Positions 9,145-19,532 are shown, counted from the first letter of the stretch. The stretch is 64,000 nt of DNA from Candidatus Thorarchaeota archaeon SMTZ1-45 (GCA_001563335.1 LRSL01000076.1:23225-87224); one strand, 5' to 3'. Notes: a model not told the origin generated them from the letters alone. A program made the numbers and translations.

Positions 9145-11999
9145 CAGGCTATATCAGTGTTCGTAAAGCTGAAGAACACAACCTCAAGTCAATTGATGTA
9201 GACATCCCGAGAGACCGCCTTGTAGTTGTAACCGGCCCAAGTGGGTCTGGGAAGTCCACCCTCGTCCTGGATACAATCTTTGCAGAGGGGCAGAGGAGGT
9301 ATGTTGAGAGTCTTAGCTCCTATGCTAGAAGATTTCTAGGTCGGCTCGATAAACCGAAGGTTGAGAAGATTACAGGTCTTCCTCCAGCTATTTCAATTGA
9401 ACAGAAGGGCAGAACAAAGAACCCCCGGTCAACAGTTTCAACAAGCACAGAGATTCATGACTATCTCAGGCTGCTCTATGCGAACATAGGAATTGCTCAT
9501 TGCGTGGAATGCGGTCTTCCTATGGAACAACTCACTGCTGAGTCTGCAGCACGACTTCTCCTTGATGAAAATGGTGGGCAACGAATTCACATCCTCGCAC
9601 CTGTCGTCTGCGGCGAGGTTGGAAAACATGAGGAATGCCTAGAAGGGCTTCACAAGAACGGATTTGTGCGTGTCCGTGTTGATGGAGAGATTATGGACAT
9701 CGACCAGGTCGATCTTGATGCCAGGAAGAAGCATGATATTGATGTTGTTGTTGACAGGCTTGAGTTGAATCAAAAGAATCGAGAGCGCTTGATTGGCTCA
9801 CTAGAAACCGCTCTCGAAACAGGTGATGGTAGAGCGATTATTTCACGAGAAGGCACAGATGACTTGACCTTTGCTGAGCAGTTGATGTGTCCAAAGTGCG
9901 GTATACAATATGAGAAGTTGGGTCCAAAGGCGTTCTCTTTCAACAGACCTGATGGCGCATGCCCTGTCTGCAATGGCCTTGGAGTGACAATGTCTATCGA
10001 TCCTGACCTCATAATTCCCGACAACGATATGACAATCCATGAGATTAGTCGACGTATCAATGCCGGAGAACGTTCTTGGTGGACTGAACGAATTGATGCA
10101 CTAGGCGAGCTTCTCGGATTCTCTATAGAACACCGATTTAGTGAGCTCGATGCAGCTCAAGCCGAAGCTCTTATCTGGGGGCGTCCTGAGTACACTCTCC
10201 ATTATATCCATCAGGGTGATGAGTCGACCTGGGAGATTACAAGAAGATGGTATGGTATTGTTCCATGGCTTGAACGAATGTTTGACCGAGGTAAGAGTAG
10301 TGAAAAAGCATACCAACGCTGGTGGGCGAATCGTATTGCGAACGAATTTTCTCGAAAGACTAACTGCGAGGCTTGCAATGGCAGAAAGCTCAAGCCTGAG
10401 AGTCTTGCTGTGACTGTTGCTGGTAAGTCAATTGACGAAATCGCATCCATGACCATTGAAGGAGCGGCTGAGTTCTTCAGGAACATCTCACTGACTGAAC
10501 GAGAGTTCAAGATAGCTGAACTTGTACTAAAGGAGATACGAGCACGTCTCAATTTTCTCCTTGCTGTTGGCCTTGACTACCTTAGTCTTGACAGAGCATC
10601 CATGACACTATCAGGTGGAGAGAGCCAAAGGATCCGACTGGCTACACAGATTGGCTCTGCTCTTACAGGAGTTCTATACTGTCTCGATGAACCTTCAATT
10701 GGGCTCCACCCCCGTGATATTGGCAAGCTCATTGAAACCTTCTATCACTTGAGGTCTCTTGGCAACACTGTGGTGGTCATTGAGCACGACAGAGACACAA
10801 TCACAGCAGCGGATCACCTCATCGACCTAGGTCCTCTTGCAGGAGTGAATGGCGGGCAACTTGTTGCTGAAGGCTCCCCGACGAAGGTCCTTGCTGATCC
10901 GAAATCCTTGACAGCTCAATATCTTGCTGGAACTAAGCAGATTCCAATACCTGAGAAAAGGCGTCAAGGGAATGGTCAGAAAATCATAGTTCATGGAGCA
11001 CGTGTTAATAATCTCAAGAATATCGATGTAGACTTCCCTCTTGGCACAATGATTTGTGTATCTGGAGTGTCAGGTGCAGGCAAGAGTTCCTTAACCTATG
11101 AAACCCTCTACAAAGCTTTAGCCCAGAAAATCAATAAGGCAAGCATGGTCCCCGGCGATCACGATACAATCGATGGTATTGATTACATTGATAGAATAAT
11201 CCTCGTAGACCAGTCACCCATAGGACGAACACCTCGTAGTAATCCTGCGACTTATACTAGGACCTTTGGTGAAATCCGAGAGCTTTTTGCAAAGATGCCT
11301 GAAGCGAAGAAACGAGGTTTCGGTCCTGGACGTTTCAGCTTCAACACAAGAGATGGTCGATGCGAAAAGTGCAAGGGCAGTGGAGTCCTCCAAGTAGAGA
11401 TGCACTTTATGTCAGATGTTTTCATGACCTGTGATGTCTGCAAGGGTGACCGCTTTGACAGAGAAACCCTGGAGGTGACATATAAAGGAAAGAACATCAC
11501 TCAGGTACTTGAACTGACAATTGATGAAGCTCTGGAGTTCTTTGGTGACATACCAAAGATTGCAGATCGACTCCAGACCTTGGTTGATGTTGGGCTCGGA
11601 TATCTCCAGCTTGGGCAACCCGCAACCACACTGTCAGGGGGAGAAGCACAACGAATGAAACTGGCTGCAGAACTCGCACGAAAAGCCACTGGAAACACAC
11701 TCTACATTATGGATGAGCCTTCCACTGGACTCTCAGCTTCAGATGTGCATGTTCTGTTGGGAGTTGTTAACCGTTTAGTCGATGCTGGCAATACGATTGT
11801 GATAGTCGAACACAACCTCGAGATTGTCAAGACTGCAGACTGGGTCATTGATCTGGGTCCTGATGGTGGCGATGGTGGAGGTGAAGTTGTAGCTCAAGGT
11901 CCTCCCGAAGCGATTAGTGAGGTTTGGAAATCATACACAGGTAACCATTTGCGAGCCGCACTTTTTGGTCCAAATGTTCGATATGGTTCTTTGAGCTAA
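9141..11999 (+). CDS. uvrA: Excinuclease ABC subunit A, copy 2
   Basis: Same full two-NBD architecture: GPSGSGKS, EGQRRYVESLS, LSGGESQR, DEPSIGLH, GVSGAGKS, PIGRTPRSNPATY, LSGGEAQR. ATGA overlap with copy 1. Confidence 0.97.
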   Translation: MTGYISVRKAEEHNLKSIDVDIPRDRLVVVTGPSGSGKSTLVLDTIFAEGQRRYVESLSSYARRFLGRLDKPKVEKITGLPPAISIEQKGRTKNPRSTVSTSTEIHDYLRLLYANIGIAHCVECGLPMEQLTAESAARLLLDENGGQRIHILAPVVCGEVGKHEECLEGLHKNGFVRVRVDGEIMDIDQVDLDARKKHDIDVVVDRLELNQKNRERLIGSLETALETGDGRAIISREGTDDLTFAEQLMCPKCGIQYEKLGPKAFSFNRPDGACPVCNGLGVTMSIDPDLIIPDNDMTIHEISRRINAGERSWWTERIDALGELLGFSIEHRFSELDAAQAEALIWGRPEYTLHYIHQGDESTWEITRRWYGIVPWLERMFDRGKSSEKAYQRWWANRIANEFSRKTNCEACNGRKLKPESLAVTVAGKSIDEIASMTIEGAAEFFRNISLTEREFKIAELVLKEIRARLNFLLAVGLDYLSLDRASMTLSGGESQRIRLATQIGSALTGVLYCLDEPSIGLHPRDIGKLIETFYHLRSLGNTVVVIEHDRDTITAADHLIDLGPLAGVNGGQLVAEGSPTKVLADPKSLTAQYLAGTKQIPIPEKRRQGNGQKIIVHGARVNNLKNIDVDFPLGTMICVSGVSGAGKSSLTYETLYKALAQKINKASMVPGDHDTIDGIDYIDRIILVDQSPIGRTPRSNPATYTRTFGEIRELFAKMPEAKKRGFGPGRFSFNTRDGRCEKCKGSGVLQVEMHFMSDVFMTCDVCKGDRFDRETLEVTYKGKNITQVLELTIDEALEFFGDIPKIADRLQTLVDVGLGYLQLGQPATTLSGGEAQRMKLAAELARKATGNTLYIMDEPSTGLSASDVHVLLGVVNRLVDAGNTIVIVEHNLEIVKTADWVIDLGPDGGDGGGEVVAQGPPEAISEVWKSYTGNHLRAALFGPNVRYGSLS

Positions 12000-13855
12000 T
12001 CTTGCTCTCTAATTTTGAAACGAATCATCTCTGCTACCATCACAAAAATCACTGCAGATGAAAATCCTACCACTAGTGTTGTTATCGGAGCGATAAGATT
12101 CATTTGTTCACCATTTGATGTAGTATTTTGGGTTATGACTGGATGGTCTGTTGTAAGCGGTTCAAAGTATGCAAACTCCGTGTTGGTTGTGAGCTGGTAA
12201 AACTCTCCAACCTCAAAGTCATGAAGTTCAAACGGACCTGATGTCACATGAGGTTCTAGTTCATTAAACACAGGGTTCCAAGTATTCCATTCATCATATC
12301 TAATGTTAGCTATAAAGATGTGCTTTGGTATGATATACTGGTAGGCAAAATGTGAGAAATGCCAGTACGACTCGGTGAAGAACTCTATTACAAACCTGTA
12401 TGGATTTGGCGCAAGGGCTGTTACGATGTTCCCCAATTTGTCAGCTGCAGGATTTCCATAAGCACCAGACTCAATGATGTAGGTCATAGTATAAGCCACA
12501 TCTTCTGCTGTCAAAGGCACCCCATCACTCCAGGTGGCATTCCTAATGATGTCGATGGTGAATCGAGTATGCCCTTCTCGTACTTGGGGATTATCTGAAT
12601 GAGTTTCTTTGAGCATCTTTTCAGCAATATAGGGATAGGGTGTCAAGTCCGGAGCATACGAGTATAGTGAAGGCCAGAGCTCGCAAAGTATGGAAGTTGA
12701 TGTCGGATTCGAAGTGACCCAGAAGTTGCTCTCTGCCCAATAAGAGGTGCCTATTTGAACAATACCTCCTCGGGTGCCATCAAGCTTGTGGATTTTCCTC
12801 AAAGTCCAGGGACCAGAGATTTGTCTCAAGAGGTCTGGAACATGACCTGTGAATCTATCGTTTCTATAAGCTTGCATGTATATGTTCTCATATACAACAA
12901 GTCGAGGTACATTGTAGTGCAATATTTTCTGCATCTCTAGTGCGGCTTCGTATACTTCTTCGTAGGTTGCACTGTATAGAAGCCTGTCCCGCAAGTTGTC
13001 GTAGGTTGTATTCCTGAAGTTACATTGATTCTTGCCACGAACACCAACTGACTCCCCCCAGAATTCATCCATCAGCCATTCAATATCATCATCATAAAAG
13101 CTATGTCCAAAAAAGACCATGTCGTAGGAGTAGCGGTATGAACCCCATGCGTCAATCCAACTGAAATCAACTTCATGTGCCCTCGAATCAATATGTAGTG
13201 ATTGAAGAGCTTCCACGCCTAACTGTGCTATTGGTCCTCCAAACCGAGACCCCCAATGGTAGTCTATTGAGATGTCGAATGCTGATCCTTCTGGAGTCAG
13301 TCTATATCCGGTTCCGGGGTCAATAGTGAAATTCAAGCTATCAAGAATCTGATTGCCAAGATCTGATTGATTCGTGTAGTAGTGCCATGCGAATTCATTC
13401 TCTGCACACCAAGTATTAACCTGCGGAACAAGAGAATCATGCTCAATTGAATAACCTTCAAACAAATCGGTGACTGCGGTCTTGTCAAAGGCATATGCAA
13501 ATGCACGTCTAAAACCACTAATATTCAATGGATACTTGGCGCAGTTTATAGTTATAGAACCATAACCATTTCTCAAATAGCTGTAAATGTCTATATCAGG
13601 ATCGTTATCTAATGAGGAATAGTAGTAGATTGGATCTATGTATCCAAGATTCATATCAATCGATCCAGTCAGGAGCTCAGACACAATCCTCTCTTGACCA
13701 AGTATTTTATAGATTATATTGTTCACATATGGTCCATTGTTCAAGTTACTAAATTGTTCAGACAAAGCGACTGAGAGATTAGGATATAGCGTCGATGATG
13801 ACACAAGCACAATGAGCGACAATGGGATGACCCACTGCTTTCTCAACTTTCTCAC
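11996..13855 (-). CDS. Family 5 (peptide/nickel) ABC substrate-binding protein, circularly permuted, C-terminal TM anchor
   Basis: FRRAFAYAFDK, WSDGVPLTAEDVAYT and TSGPFEL motifs. N-terminal signal peptide and C-terminal hydrophobic helix. Confidence 0.88.
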   Translation of the reverse strand: MRKLRKQWVIPLSLIVLVSSSTLYPNLSVALSEQFSNLNNGPYVNNIIYKILGQERIVSELLTGSIDMNLGYIDPIYYYSSLDNDPDIDIYSYLRNGYGSITINCAKYPLNISGFRRAFAYAFDKTAVTDLFEGYSIEHDSLVPQVNTWCAENEFAWHYYTNQSDLGNQILDSLNFTIDPGTGYRLTPEGSAFDISIDYHWGSRFGGPIAQLGVEALQSLHIDSRAHEVDFSWIDAWGSYRYSYDMVFFGHSFYDDDIEWLMDEFWGESVGVRGKNQCNFRNTTYDNLRDRLLYSATYEEVYEAALEMQKILHYNVPRLVVYENIYMQAYRNDRFTGHVPDLLRQISGPWTLRKIHKLDGTRGGIVQIGTSYWAESNFWVTSNPTSTSILCELWPSLYSYAPDLTPYPYIAEKMLKETHSDNPQVREGHTRFTIDIIRNATWSDGVPLTAEDVAYTMTYIIESGAYGNPAADKLGNIVTALAPNPYRFVIEFFTESYWHFSHFAYQYIIPKHIFIANIRYDEWNTWNPVFNELEPHVTSGPFELHDFEVGEFYQLTTNTEFAYFEPLTTDHPVITQNTTSNGEQMNLIAPITTLVVGFSSAVIFVMVAEMIRFKIREQD

Positions 13856-13971
13856 CCTCGTCCACTCTTATTATGTATTCATTCTCCTAAAACTTCTTTG
13901 AATCAATCAAAAATGGTTTTCAAATGCCCTTTTTTTGGGGGGATCATGTATAGCCTTATGCTCTGGTGAAT

Positions 13972-14616
13972 TCATAATTTTACAGCAATAGTGCAACCTT
14001 CACCAATTGGAAGAATCGTGCTGATTGTATTTAGTTTCAGTAAGTTTCTGTTGAACTTGTCAATTGCTCTATCAGATTCATTCCACCTATCCGGATGTCT
14101 TATGACAGGAAACAGCGTATCATCTATGAGAAAGAGTCCTCCCTTTTTCAATACCCTAATACAGTCTTCAAGCATGACAGGGTAGAGGCGCTTTGAAGAA
14201 TCTTGGAAGACAACATCGAATGTTTCAGAGTCCATCTTGGAGATGATTTCTCTTGCATCACCAAGGACAATCTCAATGATATCCGACACACCCTCTCTCT
14301 CAAAGCCCCTTCGGGCTGTTTCAACTATTGACTCATCAATCTCAATCGTAGTCACAGTTCCACCAAATCTCTCCGCTGCAAGTGCCAAGACTGTTGTCGA
14401 AAAACCAATGCTCATCCCAATTTCTAAGATCTTCTTTGGTTTAGTGAGATTCAGAAGTAATTTGAAGAGTCGAGATATCTCATCTTCAATCACTGGTTCG
14501 AAGCTTTCAAGACCTGTGGCTTCTGCATAATCTTGCATCCTTGGTCTGTCTGTTTCTTTGTAAATTTCATCAACATAATCCAAGGCCTTTTGACAATCAA
14601 AGGGTACTTCGCTCAT
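13972..14616 (-). CDS. O-methyltransferase (class I SAM-dependent, YrrM/CCoAOMT-like)
   Basis: ILEIGMSIGFS, TIEID, GDA, FDVVFQDS, LKKGGLFLIDD. Confidence 0.9.
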   Translation of the reverse strand: MSEVPFDCQKALDYVDEIYKETDRPRMQDYAEATGLESFEPVIEDEISRLFKLLLNLTKPKKILEIGMSIGFSTTVLALAAERFGGTVTTIEIDESIVETARRGFEREGVSDIIEIVLGDAREIISKMDSETFDVVFQDSSKRLYPVMLEDCIRVLKKGGLFLIDDTLFPVIRHPDRWNESDRAIDKFNRNLLKLNTISTILPIGEGCTIAVKL

Positions 14617-15004
14617 GCAAGAATGTCACGAGTGCTCCCTTAAGTGAATTAGGAAAGGTCTGTCTTGAAATTCAAAAAAGGAAAATTGTATAGAAACGCG
14701 CCATCCACTTTCGATTTGTCGAACGATTTGTCGGATTATCTACAGGCTTTTTCAAGATGTACAATGATTAAGTGATACCATATTTCCAATTTATTAAAAA
14801 TAAGAAATAAAACCATCAAAAATGACTATATGGGACATAATAAATAATTAAATTATATAAAAGGGATTATTGCCGTTCTTTTTGGGCGATATTAATATGC
14901 GAATACAATACGCACACGGTATATAACGGCTTCTCGAACAATCGTTTATGGTTGTGTCTCTCTGACAACCAGTTCGCACTGTCCGCCGGGAGGACACTGG
15001 ACTA

Positions 15005-15520
15005 ATGATACAACGAAAGGAGTCTTCTGACTCAACGCCTACAATGGCTTCAACGACAAAGACATCGAGTGCGATATACGAAGCAGACCTCAGAACGAGA
15101 TTAGCTACTTTTCCACGGGATGTGCTCGCTTGGTTTGCTTTGGGACGATACCTACGTTCCGTAGGTCGACTCAGGGAAGCAGAAGATGCACTTCGAAAAG
15201 CGGTTGCTATCAATCCCAAGCCTATGCCATTTTGGGAAGAGCTTGCCTTGACCCTAGTGGATCTAGGACGGATTGATGAGGCTTATGCCATATGCGACAA
15301 GAACTTACGTAGGAACGATGACTCGATTCAGAAGAGAGTTGCTGAATTAAGAAGATTAGAGAGGTCCGCTGATACACAATATCCAGCTGAGACCTCCCCC
15401 TGCGTCGCATGTCCAGAGTACACCTATTATGGATGCTCAAGAGGAGCAGAATGCGATGCAATTGTTCGTTGGCGGTCTGCCATGGCAAACATTATGCCAA
15501 GTACAAAAGATCGTACTTGA
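15005..15520 (+). CDS. TPR protein with C-terminal four-Cys motif
   Basis: AWFALGRYL...EAEDALRKAVAINP and FWEELALTLVDLGRIDEA repeats, then PCVACPEYTYYGCSRGAEC. Confidence 0.75.
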   Translation: MIQRKESSDSTPTMASTTKTSSAIYEADLRTRLATFPRDVLAWFALGRYLRSVGRLREAEDALRKAVAINPKPMPFWEELALTLVDLGRIDEAYAICDKNLRRNDDSIQKRVAELRRLERSADTQYPAETSPCVACPEYTYYGCSRGAECDAIVRWRSAMANIMPSTKDRT

Positions 15521-15610
15521 GAAATCGACTTCTATCTCATGAGTACCTTCCGAATGACTGATTTATGGTAACCTTATCTGGGAGTTGAAAGCATAGACAG
15601 TTGATGGCTG

Positions 15611-17422
15611 ATGTCTGATCTCAAGTCCTTGGTCGAAGACCTTCCAGATTCTCCCGGAGTCTACCTCTGGAAGAACGAGAAAGGCAAGATTCTATACATT
15701 GGAAAGGCCAAGTTCCTGAGAAAGCGTGTTGGGTCATATATGAGAAAGACAGGTCTTTATCGTCGGATATGGGATATGATGCAAGAAGCACGAGACCTTG
15801 AAACTATTCTCACAAACACTGAACGAGAAGCACTAGTCCTTGAACAGACCCTCATCAAGAAGCACCAACCAAAGTACAACATTGCTTTGAAAGATGATAG
15901 ACGACATGCATGGGTTAGAGTTGATCTCTCTAGACCAATTCCAACATTTGAGATAACTCGCGAAGCACAGAAAGACGGTGCGAATTATTACGGGCCTTAT
16001 GGTAGTACGAAACGACTTGAGCGATTCTTGGACACTATTAGAAAATCCATACCCATCGCCATGTGTAAAGAGCCTGCGAAGGTAAAACGCGAATGCATGG
16101 ATTATCATCTGGACCGGTGCTCTGGACCATGCAAGGAACATGTACCGTTAGCTGAATATCGCTCCCTAGTTGAACAGATGTGTTACTATCTCGAAGGCCG
16201 CCCTGCGGACCTTATCAAGATCCTTAGGACTGAGATGAGTAGCGCATCCGAAGAAATGAACTTTGAGAAGGCTGCTGAACTCCGTGACAGATTGGCAGAC
16301 CTTGAGATTCTCATGAGTAGGCAAAAAGTCGTTGAATTTGAAGGTGCAAATAGAGATGTCCTTGGAATCTCTCGGACAGAACAGGCAGCTCTTATTGAGA
16401 TGTTGATTGTTCGAAATGGAAGATTGATTGGGCATGATAATTTCTATTTCGAAGTGGATCTTGATACGAAAGATACAGAGGTGCTAACAGCTTTTGTTGA
16501 ACAATTCTACTTTACAATTCCACGATTGCCAGAGGAAATAGTTCTTCCATGTGAAATTCCAGAGGCAAAGCAACTCAGTCTTTGGTTAAGTGAAGCAAAT
16601 GGACATCCTGTTAGAATTACTGTTGCTGAAGATGACAGAGGACAAGATCTCGTTGATATGGCCAATAAGAATGCGCATAGAGCTCTCCGAAAAATGTTAA
16701 TTATTGGAGATAGTGAGGATGAGATAGTCCATGAAGGAGTCAAGGAGCTGAAAGAGGCTCTAGGCTTGACTCAAGCTCCTATGCGAATTGAAGGATTTGA
16801 CATAGCCAACATTCAAGGAACCGATCCAACTGGTTCATGCGTCGTCTTTAAGAATGGTGAGCCCTACAATAAACGATATCGTATGTTTAAGGTTCGAGTG
16901 AAAGAAACTCCTGATGATTATACAATGATGCGTGAGGTTGTATACCGTCGCTATTATGGTGTACTTGAGCGACGTGATGTACTTCCGGATTTGATACTAA
17001 TTGATGGAGGAAAAGGACAGCTCAAAATGGCTTTGGAAGCTCTCGAAGAACTTGGTCTTGATTATCTACCAGTAGTAGCGCTTGCGAAGAGGGAGGAGAT
17101 ATTATACACTCGTGATAATACAGAAGGAATTCATCTCGATGATGGTTCTGAAGGACTACATCTTGTCCAGCGAATTCGGGACGAAGCACATCGCTTTGCA
17201 CAGAAATATCATCACAAACTAAGAGAGAAAAGATTCACTGGATCTATCCTTGAAGAAGCTCCTGGAATTGGACCGAAAAGAAGATCTGCACTACTTCAAG
17301 AGTTTGGAAGTTTTGAAAAGGTAAAGGAAGCCACTGTCGAACAGCTTGCCCAAGTAGATGGGATGTCAGAAAAGGCGGCTCGTACCCTTAGAGAATGGCT
17401 CGATAATGATGAGGGAAATTGA
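15611..17422 (+). CDS. uvrC: Excinuclease ABC subunit C
   Basis: GIY-YIG (PGVYLW...LYIGKAK), Cys-rich CMDYHLDRCSGPC, UVR (MNFEKAAELRD), RNase H-like RIEGFDIA / LIDGGKGQL, RIRDEAHRFA, HhH (PGIGPKRR). Confidence 0.97.
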   Translation: MSDLKSLVEDLPDSPGVYLWKNEKGKILYIGKAKFLRKRVGSYMRKTGLYRRIWDMMQEARDLETILTNTEREALVLEQTLIKKHQPKYNIALKDDRRHAWVRVDLSRPIPTFEITREAQKDGANYYGPYGSTKRLERFLDTIRKSIPIAMCKEPAKVKRECMDYHLDRCSGPCKEHVPLAEYRSLVEQMCYYLEGRPADLIKILRTEMSSASEEMNFEKAAELRDRLADLEILMSRQKVVEFEGANRDVLGISRTEQAALIEMLIVRNGRLIGHDNFYFEVDLDTKDTEVLTAFVEQFYFTIPRLPEEIVLPCEIPEAKQLSLWLSEANGHPVRITVAEDDRGQDLVDMANKNAHRALRKMLIIGDSEDEIVHEGVKELKEALGLTQAPMRIEGFDIANIQGTDPTGSCVVFKNGEPYNKRYRMFKVRVKETPDDYTMMREVVYRRYYGVLERRDVLPDLILIDGGKGQLKMALEALEELGLDYLPVVALAKREEILYTRDNTEGIHLDDGSEGLHLVQRIRDEAHRFAQKYHHKLREKRFTGSILEEAPGIGPKRRSALLQEFGSFEKVKEATVEQLAQVDGMSEKAARTLREWLDNDEGN

Positions 17423-17517
17423 TGCATTATTCGCTGTCCGACAGAATGATATACAGGCATGACATCATATTCTCCATATTTAATCTATGAAACTATAATC
17501 ACTGGAGAACACTTCAA

Positions 17518-17757
17518 ATGCCCATCAAAGTATTCCTAGCTGTTGTAACAAAATCTGGCAAGGAAAAAGAAGTTCAAAAGAATCTAAGGGCGATTGATGA
17601 AGTTACGCTTGCATGCACTGTTTCTGACGGGATGTTTGATGTAGTAGCTATGATTGAAGTCCCAACACTTGATGAATATCGAACTTTTTCTATTGACAAA
17701 GTGAGTGCAGTGCCCAACATAGTCGATTATACATCATTCATTATTATGGATCAGTAG
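17518..17757 (+). CDS. Stand-alone Lrp/AsnC ligand-binding (RAM) domain protein
   Basis: 79 aa, V...GKEKEV...L..I.EV....VSDGMFDVVAMIEV..LDE pattern, no HTH. Confidence 0.8.
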   Translation: MPIKVFLAVVTKSGKEKEVQKNLRAIDEVTLACTVSDGMFDVVAMIEVPTLDEYRTFSIDKVSAVPNIVDYTSFIIMDQ

Positions 17758-19099
17758 TTCCAATCTCACCATTTAGCCAATCAACATACGCTTTGTTCCG
17801 CTTTCTTCCATAGACAAGGAACACCAAAAAACCAATTGCTGTCAGAATCCCACCCAACTGTAAAACAAAATAATCCAATGATGGAATAAGAAGCAGACAA
17901 ATGATACAACCAATCAATGGAATTGTTGGAAAGAAAGGTGCCTTGAATGTTCCGGGAACGCTGAGTCCTTTTCTGCGAAGTATAATGACAGCAAAATTCA
18001 CCATGGCTTGCGCAATAAGGTATCCAAAGACAGCGAGCTGAGCCACTAACACAACATCAGCAGTCAATGCAAAAAGTGATACTAGAATTAGAACTAGAAC
18101 CAAGGCAGGAATTGGAGTTTTCAATCGCTTATTTACTCGATTGAAAGACTTTGGAAGGAAACGGTCTCTTCCCATCGAATAGACAATTCTTGCGCCCGCT
18201 AGAAATGTTGCATTCAAAGCAGCATAGTTCGATGCTGCCATACCCGCCAAACCTAGCACAAGCGCATTGGGTCCTAACATGACAGCAAAGACATCAGCTA
18301 TGGGTGTGAATGTTTCTGCAACTGCGGTAAATGGAACAACACCGACAATTACCAATGATGCAGCCATGTAGACTCCTGTGCCTATTGCTACAGTGAGGAA
18401 TATGGCCCTGGGGACATTCTTTGCAGGCTTCTTAATCTCCTCAGAAGCAGAAGTAACAAGCTCAAACCCTACAAATGAAATGTAGATGAATGCCACTGTA
18501 GACATGAACTCCAGAAATCCTGCACTCTCAGCAAAGATTGGTATCAGATTCGATGAATCTATGAACAACAAGCCTACAGCTACAAAGGTGAAGAGGATTA
18601 TTGCTTGCACAATGTTCAGAATGCTTAGAACACCTGACACACTCTTCACACTGATTAGATTTGTCACAAATGTGACTCCAATTATTACTAACGCAATCAG
18701 TGCGATATGCTGAACGCCATTTGGAACGAATACAACAAGCGTATGTGCAACAGCTAATGCATATAATCCACAAGCAACTATATTCCCAATCATCAGAAAC
18801 CAACCCGTGAGGAAAGCCGGTAAGCCACCCACTGTATCATGTGCAAATGTATAACCTCCACCCTGTTTTGGAATAGAACTAGCAATCTCTGCATAGTTAA
18901 CAGCGGTAAACATTGCTAGAACTCCAGTGAAGAAATACGCAAAGACTAGCGCAGGACCGATGATTCCTGCAGCTGCTCCAGAGATGACGTAGATACCTCC
19001 GCCAAGCATCGCGCCTAGTCCAATGTTTGTTGCACCAATAAGACCAAGATGTCGACCAAACTTGCCACTCGCTCGTTTGTCACTGCTGGTCTCTGTCAA
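17744..19099 (-). CDS. APC family amino acid permease
   Basis: GAMLGGGIY, NYAEIASSIPKQGGGYTF, FVGFE, EEIKKPAKNVPRAI, about 12 TM. Confidence 0.93.
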   Translation of the reverse strand: MTETSSDKRASGKFGRHLGLIGATNIGLGAMLGGGIYVISGAAAGIIGPALVFAYFFTGVLAMFTAVNYAEIASSIPKQGGGYTFAHDTVGGLPAFLTGWFLMIGNIVACGLYALAVAHTLVVFVPNGVQHIALIALVIIGVTFVTNLISVKSVSGVLSILNIVQAIILFTFVAVGLLFIDSSNLIPIFAESAGFLEFMSTVAFIYISFVGFELVTSASEEIKKPAKNVPRAIFLTVAIGTGVYMAASLVIVGVVPFTAVAETFTPIADVFAVMLGPNALVLGLAGMAASNYAALNATFLAGARIVYSMGRDRFLPKSFNRVNKRLKTPIPALVLVLILVSLFALTADVVLVAQLAVFGYLIAQAMVNFAVIILRRKGLSVPGTFKAPFFPTIPLIGCIICLLLIPSLDYFVLQLGGILTAIGFLVFLVYGRKRNKAYVDWLNGEIGTTDP

Positions 19100-19304
19100 T
19101 TAATGCACCGTCATAGTGTATCGCTCATAACTCCCTTGGGATCTCTGAACCGTTCTAGGCTCCCTTTTTGAAACTCTTTTGAAGGTTTTGAATAGGCTCT
19201 TCTCGAATCTTAAGGTGAACCCACACACCCCGAAGTTTAAATGGGACTGCACTCCGACAAAACGTCGGCGGACTTGCATAAAGTCCAAGGACAGAGTGGT
19301 CAAA

Positions 19305-19484
19305 ATGATCTGGAAAGTCAACGATAACTGTACTGCATGTGGAACCTGCGCTGATGTTTGCCCTGTTGATCCTACTCTATACGTGGTCAACGACAAAGCT
19401 GTATACCAGGTAGACCGTGCAGACGAGTGCACTGAGTGCTATGCCTGTGTTGATAGTTGTCCTGAAGGCGCTATTGAGGAGTAG
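19305..19484 (+). CDS. 2x[4Fe-4S] ferredoxin
   Basis: CTACGTCADVCP and CTECYACVDSCP. Real start ATG 19305 (MIWKVND); the ORF-track N-terminal extension looks non-coding. Confidence 0.93.
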   Translation: MIWKVNDNCTACGTCADVCPVDPTLYVVNDKAVYQVDRADECTECYACVDSCPEGAIEE

Positions 19485-19532
19485 TACTCAATAACAGCGA
19501 CCCGATCTTACAATGTAAGTGAGGGGTGGTCC

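Noticed and set aside
14780-14870. AT-rich stretch as a replication origin
   Set aside because: No ORB-like repeats with a G-string and no adjacent orc1/cdc6.
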